Below are positions 39,801 through 51,800 of a stretch of DNA of 64,000 bases, one piece after another (the first letter of the stretch is position 1; each line of letters opens with the position of its first letter). The position numbers were made by a program, and so were the translations under genes. A model generated the notes under the pieces. The model was not told the origin of the DNA and did no database searches. It was given only the letters and a program-made list of their open reading frames with translations. The stretch lies in contig NW_002060959.1 in the NCBI RefSeq assembly GCF_000150275.1, positions 494,371 through 558,370 on the forward strand, in the 5' to 3' direction. The DNA comes from Trichoplax adhaerens. Its lineage: Eukaryota > Animalia > Placozoa.

Positions 39801-42800
39801 GATTTAATCTTTGGCTATCTAATGCTGCCGACTTTAATATTGAATTTTAATGTTAAGCATAGCAATATGCATATATCTTCCTACAATGGCGCGCAAGCTA
39901 TTTTAATTTCTTCCATTATAACTAAATTACATGTGCAATTCAGTTATCCTGTCTATGCAATTCTATCTCTTCGTGAAATAGCATTTAATATCAGTTAATA
40001 ATCAGCCGTTATTATACCACATACTTTATGGCAAAGACTGCTTTCAGTTGGTATAGCAATGTCCTCTCGAAATCGAAAATTGCTTATCGCTTTGCATCTC
40101 GATAGAGGCAAAATGAGCTGCACTTTATTATCTAAGCTTTGTATTCCACTTACATTTTAATGGAATATGCCACACTTAATTACCTGGATTTTACATCCTA
40201 ATGCCATACGCATATTACGATCTGCGTAGTGGTATCCAGCTATATTCTATTTATCATTTTGCTTCTCCATATCGATGAATTTGAAAATACTTTATTATCA
40301 GAATCTTGCATTTCATATACGTTCTAATGCCCAATAGTGATCCATGCAGTTGTAAATATCCCACCTTAAAATTTCGTTTAAATATAAAGATCTCTTATCA
40401 TTTTATATCCTGATCCAGACCAATTCAGTAATACTTTATTACCATGAGTTTATATTTCGCTTATATTTAAGTCTAGTATAAGCTGTATGCATGCTCATTA
40501 GCTCATAGAAAACATGATCATTACCTAATCTTTGCCGGCAAATTTTGGCGATGTATGAATAGATTGGGGAGTTTTCCGAGATAATTGATTTCCTTTATCA
40601 TCTTTCTAAATATAAATATATTACACATATGCTTTCGTCATTCAACCATATGGTTTAAGTGAAAAAGTAGCCGAAGGCTATATAAGATATCGTTTTACAG
40701 TTGCATTAATTGACAGTTTAAATCTGGCTTTAAAAAATGCAATTACTTTTACTAATATTCATGAATTCATTCAACGTTTCATAGCTTTAACATATCGATC
40801 GGTAGCATAAAAATATTTAAAAACGATCGTTCGTTGTCCTTTATTTTTAAACGTTGGTCCTTTCAACAGAGTTAATATCTTGAAATAGTGTTAGTAGTTT
40901 ACAGTCAATGTTTGCTATTCTAAAAATAAATCATGTCGTTTAAAAGCCTAACTCTTGTGCTTTTGAGTTTTGCCTAGTTATACTATAGCTAATGTTGCTT
41001 TTATTCTATACATTAGGGCCAAATTGATTTGGAGAAACTTACTCAAGAATCTATCGATACACAAACTCCACAGCAACCGGAATATCCATCCCCGAATGAA
41101 ATTGCCTTAAAAGAAAAACTTGAAGCTTTGCGTGATGAAAATATACAGAATGTAGCGATTATTACTGTCTTACGCGCCCGTCTTAATAAACTAGAAGAAA
41201 AAAATTTCGATCAAGAGAATGTCCAATCTCTAAAGGAACGTCTACAAGTTTTAGAAGTATCAGAAGCGGTACTTAAAGCTAAAATACAAGAACTAGAAAG
41301 GAAACTAAACAAGGTAATTTTGAGCTTATAAATAAAACGAAGGTTATTTTAAAAGGATTAATGACTATCATGGAGTATTTAGGTGTCTTTAAGGATGATT
41401 TTTAATTATTGTGTTTTTCATATTCAAGGAGTCTCCTGTTGTAGAAGATATTATCGTACCTGATCGAGCTATGGAAATGCTAGGAGGATCTGCGGATGAA
41501 GCAAAAGCTGCTCCTGCTGTTCCTGAAGAACGTGAAAAGCTGCTAGAGGTAGGATTTAGCATCATCATCATTCTATTTGTTTGATCATTTATACATTATT
41601 GCCCTTGTTATCGTTAAGTAAAAAAATAAACAATAAAGTTCTCTTTTCGTTGTGTTGGCTGACGAGAAATCTTTTCTATTGCAGCGTTTACAGAAACTTG
41701 AAGACATCAATGCTAACCTTAATGAGCAATTGAAATTGCTCTTGACTGAAAAAAATCAACGTAGACAGGACGATGAATTGGTTGCATCCTTAGCACATCG
41801 AATTGATGAACTGCAACGAAATAAAAGTACACTTCACGAAGAAGTGGATGATTTAAAAGAGACTATTCAGGTTATTTTAATTGACTATAGGAAAATGATT
41901 ATTTAGGGTATTGGAATAATATTCCAGTGGATCATTTCTTGTATCTTGTTGTTAGTTAATTATTAGTAAAAAATGGTTATTCAGGCTATTGCAATAATGT
42001 TCCACAAATTGAATATTTCTTTTTTTTGTAGTTAATTATTATCAAAGATAACTTGGCAATTTGATGATATCGAAATGATAGTAAAGAAATTCATTTTATT
42101 TTATTTTGTCATCATCTATGTAGTTCCAGGAATTGGAAAAAGCATCCGAAGTCTCAACGGGAGAAATTATTTCCACTGAAGATATAGATGACGATTTCGA
42201 AGCTGAACTACATGACAGTATTCGCTATAAGAATGAACAATCAGCTATTGAAGATTATAAACGCTTAACACAGGAATATGAGTCGAAAATTACTGAACTG
42301 GAAGATGTTAATAAGCACTTGGAAGAATCACTCAAGGTAAATTCATTTACTGACTATTTGACTAGTTACAGTAAATTGATTCTACTTTAGTTATAAGTAT
42401 AAACTAATATCATTGTTATTACTTTACTCGTTAGCTGAATAGTTACAGTAGTTACTTCAGCTCTAGGTATAAATTAATATTGCTGTTACTTCTTTACTCA
42501 TTAGTTGAGTAGTTGGAGAAAGTTGATTCTACTTTGGCTCTAAGTATAAACTAATATTACTATTACTACTACAGTAAGTTAATTCTACTTCATCTATAAG
42601 TATAAACTAATATTGCGCTATTACTTTACCTAACAGTTGAATAGTTGGAGTATGTTGACTCTACTGCTGCTCTAGATATAAAGTAATGTTGCTGTTATTA
42701 CTGTAATAAGTTACTTCTACTTCAACTATAAGTATAAATTATTATTACTGTTATTACTTTGCTCACTAGTTGAATATTTGGAGTAAGCTGATTCTACTTT

Positions 42801-45800
42801 AGCTGTATAAGTATAAGCTAATATTACTATTGATACTACAGTATGTTGATTCTACTTCGATTATAAGTACAAATTAATATTACTGCTATTATTTTACTTA
42901 CAAGTTGATTAGTTGCTATAAGTTTAATTCTACTTTAGCGATAAGTAGAAACTAATATTTCTATTCTTGGCGGCAAACAGTTTGCCTTTTTCCAAAATAA
43001 TACTTCAAGTAGCAGCGATAAATCTGGCAAAAATTCTATTACCGACCAGACTCATGGGCCTATTGACTCCGATACGGAGATACATATTGCAGCAGCAGAT
43101 GCAGATCAACACCTTCATGAATTGAAAGCATCGGAGTATTCTCTACGTGCAGAACTCGCCTATTTAACTCAAGAGAGTAACTTACAAGGATTAGATGATC
43201 CAGAAAGAGTCACTACACTGATTAATAGAATCCATGAATTAGAAGCTATTGAGGGAGACTTAATCAGCCAGATTCAAAACTTAGAAGATTCTCTCAAGGT
43301 AAGCGAAATCAATCCTTAACTTGAATAGATGATAGTTGGTTTTTAATACCTTGCCTATCATTGCAGTTTGCCTACTATCAGTACGCAACCAGCACAGGAA
43401 CACAACAAGATCCAACTGAAACTTCCAAAGATGATAGCAAGAAAAATCTCCATCCACAAATCGAAAGTAAACTTGTCGACTTGAAAGATTGCGAACTCCG
43501 TCTGAAGGATCAACTACAAGAATTACTTCGCAATGATTTCTTTGATGCTCCTTACTCTATCGATGCTACATCAGCAAAAGAACAACTAAAAGAATTAGCA
43601 ATAATTGAAGAAGAATTTATGTGCAAAATCGCTGATTTAGAAGGGCAAATTAAGGTAAAAGTTGTTATCATGAGTGATGTAGAATCATTTTAGTTATTAT
43701 ATTCCAGCTTTTCTGATCATCGCTCGGTAACATATTCCTGTAGTTTTATCAAGCCATGGCTGAAAATGCAAAAGAAGCCAATAAAATATCAGAATTAGAA
43801 AATGAAAATGATCGATTAAAGCATCATGTTAATCGATTACGAGGAGAAATTGACACAATGCGCAAAGAGATCCATCAACAAACTCGAGGGAAAATACTGA
43901 CTGTAGCTCAACAGGAAGAGCTCCAGCGTGAGAATAGCCAATTGAGATCAGCAATCGACAGCATGAATAGCGATATTAAGGTAATCTTGCAATTCTTTCT
44001 ACACAACCATAAGGTATCATCATTGTATGCCTTGACCATGATATCGTCTATTTCTAATTCAATATTTTAACGCGAAACTAGAGCGGTAGTATTAACTTAG
44101 ATAAGTACGAATATTTCATCAATCCGACATCCATCCAAACTAGCTCGACGCAAACACCGGCAGGATCCTCGTATGAAATTGAATGGAGTAAAGGTAAATT
44201 TCAAGTAGTAGCAATTTTATTCCACTTGTTTTACTCAGCTTGCATTGCTCGGCTTGCTTTGCTCAATTTGCTGAGCTCAGCTTGCTTTGCTAACATGCTT
44301 TGCTTAGCTTGCTTTGCCCTGCATACTTTGCTCAACTTTATTTGCTCTCCTTGCTTCGCTCTTTCCTTTGCTAATGCTTCCTTTCGCTATTGCCTTACCC
44401 ATCTCTAATTACGTAGATGCCAAGCTTACGCAAGATAGTGATACAAAAATCGTCAGTGCTCCTGACGATTTATCATTGAATGATAGTGCAGACACATTAA
44501 CTTCTGTTTCTGCAGCTACACCAACATCAGAACAAATTTACAGCTCTAAACTAATTAATAAAACCGATACTATGTTCCATACTGCTGTCAGTGATTCACT
44601 GAATAAGGAGATTGGTAGTATTCCTGATGAGGAAAAATATACACCAATTTCATCACAGCAGTATTACTTAACCAAGATGGAATCAGGCTCATTTGCTCCT
44701 GTTTCAAGCTCGAAAATTGGCTTAGGCCAAATGATAGTTGATTCATCTAGCCCATTAAGCTTTGGCGGTAAAGAAGAGGAACTTTCCTTAATTATTGAAC
44801 GAGAATTTGAATTTGGACCTGATCATGAGGAATTGCCTACCATCAATTTAGAAAGGGAACAACACGTTAAAGGCATTAGTAGTCCTTTCGATGCCATGCT
44901 AATTGACCGATTTGCCTTAGATATGACTGATACAATCTTAGATAGTGTCTTCCCTGTGGATTTAATGACAAGCTATGATCAAGAAATACGCCGTTGGCTA
45001 AGAAAAGCTCAAAAGAAATTAACCGATTTAGAAATTATGAAAGCGAAACGTAATCAAGAGATGATGGCCAAAGAAACCGCTGTCAAAGAATTCCTTCATC
45101 AACAATTTGTTGAACAACTAAAATCGTTAACAGAAGCAAATAGTCAATTGATGGAAGAAGAACAAGCAACATTGCAAGAAAATATCCTCAATTGGACCAA
45201 TGTTATCAAGATTGCACTCTTGCAGGTGCTCTGCAGGCCTGAACAAAGTAAACATGAGAAGGATATGAAAGAATTTTTCAAGACATCCTTTGAAGAATTT
45301 AAGCCTTTACAAGATAAATATGGCTCTAAATTAAATCAAGTTTCATTACAAATTTTAGCTGAAAATGATGGTCGCCATATTTTCCACGAATTAAAATGTG
45401 AAGAAACCGACTCCGATTTGAAAAATATGCTAGAAAATTGCTGTCAACGTATTCAGGAGCTCGAATCCATGCATCATGAAAGCGATTTAGACGATGATCA
45501 GTGGCAAAAATTACCCGATTATGGTAACTTAAATCGGCAATTATCAGCCATACAAGATGCTCTATCGCAATCTTTATCCAAAGAGAATACACAACAGTTG
45601 CAAATTTTCAATTTAGAAACTGAAAATTACAATCTCAAACGTGAGATTGAATTCGACGAGAAATTAATATTAGAATTGCGAACAGAAATGTCTAACTTAG
45701 AGCCAGTCAAAGCTGAAGCGGAAAGGCTGAAGAAATTATACGAAAGGCAAAATAAAGAATTGCGAGCGTTACTATCCAAAAGCGACTTAAGCGGTCCTAG

Positions 45801-48800
45801 TAGTGGATCAGGAAATAGTAGTGGCTCCGATGATGAATATTCGCAACATAGATCGCGTTCACCTGTATCAACCGGCAGTAAAAAATTAGCATCCCTACAA
45901 GAACGTTTATTGAAAGAAGATTTAGAAATTGCTGAAAAGAAAGTCCATGAACTAAAAGATTATAAACAGCTCTATGTCGTCCAAAGCAAGAGATTAACTG
46001 AATTGGAAAGGCGATTACAACAATTACATGAACAGCGTCGATTTGATTTCGAGAAAGAATTACAAATACGCAAAAAATTAGATAACAGTCGTGATAGAAT
46101 TCGAAAGCTCGAAGGTATGTTAAAAAATGCACAAGTAGATGAAATTGAAACCAAGGACGCTTTATGGGAAACCCAATCGCAATTATCGATGTTAGAAGAA
46201 GAACGAGAAGAACGTGAATCATCCTTAACAGAAGAACTACGCCAAGCTAAAGATCAACTCAATCAATTGATGCAAACCAATGATGAATTGAAAACACAAA
46301 TGGATGAATTAGAGAGCCTAGCTGGTAGGAAATCATCAGATTTAAAAGATGCAAGGGAAACTATCGATCAATTGGAAGAAATTAAAATGTCACTAACCGA
46401 AACATTAGCAACAACTTTACAACAACTTGATGAAACAGCTGAAGATTTAAATAAAACCAAGAGTGAATTAATGACTACCAAAGATGAGATTGACTATGTC
46501 AAAGAGGACTATAACAAAGAGAAGGAAGTTGCAACGCAAGAAATTGATGTTCTACGCCATTCTTATCAAGAATTAAATCGGTTATTAAGTGAAAAAGAAT
46601 TCACAACAAGCTCATTACAAGAGGATATTGTTAAATACCAACAAGATTATGCTAAATTTAGAGAGAAAGATTTCCTAACCACGGATATGGAACGAGATAT
46701 TGATGATTTACGAGAGAACTTAATCCAAGCACGCCATCAATATCAAGACTATGTAGCTGAAGCAGAAGAAGCTAAAGCTGATCTAATCAATCGATTAAAT
46801 AGTCAAGAAAATAAAATGAATGAATTGCAAGAAATAGAAGAGAAATTAATAGAAGTAGAGGAGAAATGTAAAGCCATCGAACAAGAAAATAACGATTATA
46901 AACAGCAAATTGCTGCTACACAAAATCGAACTGATGAATTACAACAGAAACTGGATCGTGTTGTTAAATTTACCGATAGCAATGCAATGGATAAAGAAAT
47001 CAAAGCTGGTGTTATCCAAAATTTATATGATATTATTAGTCATCTTCATGAAATGCGCGAAGAAATTGAAGAACTAAAAGACCGTCCATGTCCGATTATG
47101 TTTGAAAAAGATGATGATGGTGCAGCACATTCGACCATTATTTCTGATCCAGCTGAAAAAGAAGTAGTGCAAAATGTTGATGGACCAGCACAAAGAAGTC
47201 CAAGATTGCAAGATTTATGTAGTGCAATGGCTGATCAAATCTTAAATTCGGTTATGGACACCTTTAGAAATGCATCAGGTGTCAAATCTCAACCGTTAGC
47301 AAAAGTAGAAGAGAAAAAGGAAAACGAAGAAAACTTAGACAGTACCATTCACAGTATTGTTTCCGATGCCATTTCCGATGCTTTAGCTGAAATGGACGCT
47401 ACTAGTGAGCATGGGTTAGATTTAGTTAGCGAGAATGATCAATATAGCATAGTAGCTATCGCTGGAAGTGTTCTCGACGGTAGTGAATATTCTATACAAA
47501 CAAAACCAGAATCAGCCATGAAGAAAGATAGATCATTTATAATAGAGCATGCTATTACTGCTGAATCATTAGATGGATTAGAAACTAAAGTCCATCAAGC
47601 CACCACGATTACAGAAAATCTCTTATCTCGCATCATGAATATTTCTGAAGAAGATGAGCCAAAGGTGGCAGAGGTGGAATACCAAACCCTTCATCAACCT
47701 GATAGGATCGAGGCTATGGTAGAAGTAGAATGCCAAACCCTTGACAAACCTGATAAGATGGAAGCCACGATCGAAGCAGAATGCCAGACTCTTGATCCAC
47801 CTACAAAGATCGAAGCCGAGGCACAAACTTTGCCAATATCGGAAGAGCCAGATTTAATTTTAGCTCATGTCGATCCAAAAGAACAACATTTAGTTCCTAT
47901 AGAATCGAATATTGTTAAAGCTGATGTAGTTGCTGATAGTGCTACGCCGCTTGCTGCTGCTTCTGCTAATAGTAGTTCTGATAAATTGTTACCACTTAAT
48001 ATTTTACCACCAGCACTGCCTACTGCTAATCCTCCAACTTTAGATTCTTCCAATACCAAATGGGCAACTCCTAAAATCACTCATATTGGACCGCAGCCTC
48101 AAGATTTTGGTAGCCAATTTGACTGTACACAAGTCATGGAAAATGTTTATCCAGCAACAGCTCCCATTTCCGAATTGGATCGTCTTGATATGCTGTACAT
48201 TTCCAAGTCTGATTATAATCTTATCAAGGATAAAGTAATCACACTTGAAAAAGCAGTAAAAGATAAAGAAAATAAGTTATTTAAGACCAAGGTAAACATT
48301 TTCTATTTGTGCCTTGATGATTGGTATTTAAGTAGACGTTACTAGTTTTGTTATTGACTTTTTTGAATTTACTTGCAGCTGGAGAAAAAGGCACCAGAAC
48401 CAATTTATAATCCAACGATGGACGAATCTGCATTAAGTGTCATCTATAATTTGCAAAAGGAAGTTCAAGCTAAAAATAAAGAATTAGATAGCCTACGTGA
48501 TGAGGTTTGTTGATCTTGTAATTGAATTTACTCATAATTAATTCTATAATTGCATGCTAGAAGTGCGTTTACTCATATTAAAACCAATCTATGCGTGGAT
48601 AAAATAGTGTCTGTTTTTAACGTACACTTGTTGTATTAGATGGCTAAGCAGAAGAAGAAGGGCAATACTGATGATGAAGAATTTAAAAATCAACAACATA
48701 TGATTGATTATTGGCGTCGAATGACGAATACAGCTGAAGAAGAAATTCGACGATTGAGATCAGCTTTATATTCTATTAACGATCCAACGTATCGCAATGA

Positions 48801-51800
48801 CAATAGCAAAATATTGCAAGAGATCGAGGAATTACGGGAAAAGTTAAAGGAAAATCAAGCGACAATTAGTGAATTTGAAAGTCTTAAAGACGAGCTAGCG
48901 GAAATTACAGCTGAAAATCAACAGCTTCGAGATAAAATGCAAGAATTGGATAAGAATTTCCCTGAGGTTCAGCAGCAATCGCAATCCAATGTATCTGTTG
49001 ATGAGGCAAACTATCTGAAAGCAAAAGTTGCCTTATATGACGATGTTGTACGAGATAATAGTGAATTAAAGTCTAAATTAGTATTGACGGAAACCATTGA
49101 AGAAGAGAATAATTTACTCAAGTCCAAAATGAAAGTCTTGGAAGATATGCTAGCCGATAGCGACCAGATGAATTATAAGATTTCTTCCTTACAAGTAAGT
49201 AATGTATCATAGCTAATTTTTACTAAGGACATCAATAGTAATGATGAATACAGATTGAGCGCGATGAATTATTGCCAGTAATCTACGATATTTAAGAAAT
49301 AGGAATAGCTAATGATGCAATCGATCGTACAATTTCAGAGCGAACTAGCTAATCGAGTTGCTGCCGAGCAAGAACGCAATTTATTAAAGGAGAAATTAGA
49401 AGAAAAAGAAGTGCAACACTTAGAATTAGTAGATGCCCTGAATGAAATTACTTCCCTTCGTGCACAATTAGAACATTTACACGAAATTGAACAAGAAAAT
49501 GAAGATATTGTACAGCAAAATCTTTCCTTACAAGCTAAATTACATCGATTGCAAATGGTGGAAAATGATCGTGACAAGCTACAGAAACAAGTAGAAAATT
49601 ATGAAAAGGACGATACAATCATTCGCCATGAATACAATCAATTACAGGAAAATTGGACATACCTTAATCGACGCTATGACGAATTAGTAAAAGAAAACGA
49701 TGAACTCAAAATTCAACTAGACGCTGAATCAAAAGATAGAATTCAAGCTGAAAAGGATAAAGAAGACGTTGAAAGCATTTACGCGGTAAGAATTTTAACT
49801 TTCCATTAGAGTATCCAATCCTGTAATAGTGTAAATACGGGCAATCAATGCCATAGCTAGCGATCAAAATAGAACTGTTCTAATTCATTATTCTTCTTTT
49901 GCAATAGAATCGACTCAATGATTTACAAAAGGGCAACTCTCAAAAAGACGATGTTATTCATCATTTAAGTTCAGAACTTAATCGAATTAAATCCACTGAT
50001 AGAAAAAAATCCAATGGTAATAACGGTAGTCAGGAAACGATTCACGCAAGTACCTATTCCTTACCAATTTTAAAAGACAACAACAAGGTATGACTAGCTA
50101 GTCTTAAATTTGAATCTTATCGCTATAGTTAGCTGATCTACATGCTGGATGCATTTTATACATCCTACATTGGAACCGTTTTAGTAATATTTAGCTCTAA
50201 CTAGTCTGTAGGAACGTATCCTATTGACAGTAACACAAATTAGTAGGAGTTTCACGCTCTCTCTGACTAGTCTACATGAGTATACCTTATAAAAGGCGAA
50301 CAGTAGAGCTTTCAAGCTCTTTCTAACCAGTCTACACGGGTATATCTTATAAAAGCTAAATTAGTACCGTAGGGACTGCAAGCTCTCTTTAACTAGTCTA
50401 CGTGAACATGTCTCATAAAAGCCAAACTAGTAAGAAATACAGCTTTCTTTAACTAGTCTATATGAACATATTTTATAAAAGCCAAATTATTAGGACTTGC
50501 AAACTTTCTCTAACTAGTCTATATGAATATATCGTATGAAAGCCAAATTTGAACTATAAGAGTATTTTTACGCCATCATCACTAATAAAATAATCATTTA
50601 TTCTCAATTTATAGCCGCATCTCGATTCAACACCTGACCATTGGTTCCAAAGACAGCAGCGTGATTCTGCATCGAAAAGCAGAGAAAGGCATGCTTCTCC
50701 AACTAGACCAGGCAGCCAGTTATCATTTCAATCGACTGATCGAATGAAATTAATGTATGCATTGTTTGATTATGATCCTCAAACGCAAAATACTTCAGGA
50801 TATCCTGACGAGGAGCTTCCTATACGTCAAGGCGATCGAATTTATGTCTATGGTGATATTAATAGGAATGGCTACTACAAAGCTGTGCGAAATGATCGTG
50901 TCGGCTATATTCCTAGCACTTTCTTAGCTGAAGTTGAAACATCATCACGTCAAGATTCTCCCCATAGCGATACTAACTATAGTGGTCGAGTAAGTGTAAG
51001 TCCTGAAATGATCCTTAGCCTACCTAATGGTAACAACATTGATCAACATTATCCTCGATCAACCTTGAGCTATCCACAAGATAATAAACTACCTCGTAAT
51101 CTTCCTTCATCACCTGAATTAAAACGCTCCAAGCCTGAATTAAAGCAGCCATCGCCCCCAGCAGCAGTGCATATCATGAGAACTTTACGCCATGGTATTC
51201 TGCTTGGATGGAATAAACCGGTTATGGATTCTAGTGAAAGGAGTAACGGTCATAAAGTCATTGGTTATAAAGTGAAAGTTAACGGATTAGCTGTCAAATC
51301 TTGTTTTGGCGCTAATATTTGTAAAGTAGAATTAGAAAATCTCGATTTAACTCGGCCATTTGACGTTTCTGTGCAAACGTTAACCGAAGGTGGAATTTCA
51401 TCCACGCCTGCTAGTCTCTATGTCCAAGCTCTTGCTACTCCTGATCATCCACATTTAGATAAAAATCAAGATGGTAACGTAGGTCGAAGTTATGTTGCTC
51501 AATACGATTATCAAGCTAAAGGTTATACCGATGATACTGGTCTAACCGATATTACATTCAGAAAAGACGATTTAATTAAAATTATTAATACTGAAAGGAA
51601 CGATGGTTTTTATGAAGGACATGTTAATGGTGTTTACGGCTTAATTCCCCGTGATTTTATAACTGAATTTGGATTATCCAATGCCATTAAAGATCCTAAT
51701 TATCGACATGCAGAGCAATATAACGAACCTGCATCTAGAGTAACTTCATCAGCATTTGTTAGACGTAAGCCAAGCAAGACCAAAGGGCGCAAAATGATCG

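Noticed and set aside
44314-44416. Hydrophobic signal-peptide-like N-terminus of the 1343-aa ORF (MPCILCSTLFALL...)
   Set aside because: It is read-through of the TGCT-rich intron from a non-ATG start; a phase-compatible acceptor at 44416 joins the exon to the upstream chain
32933-49577. Antisense Ser/Phe/Leu-rich ORFs within the giant gene
   Set aside because: Typical reverse-strand shadows of GAA/AAA-rich coiled-coil codons
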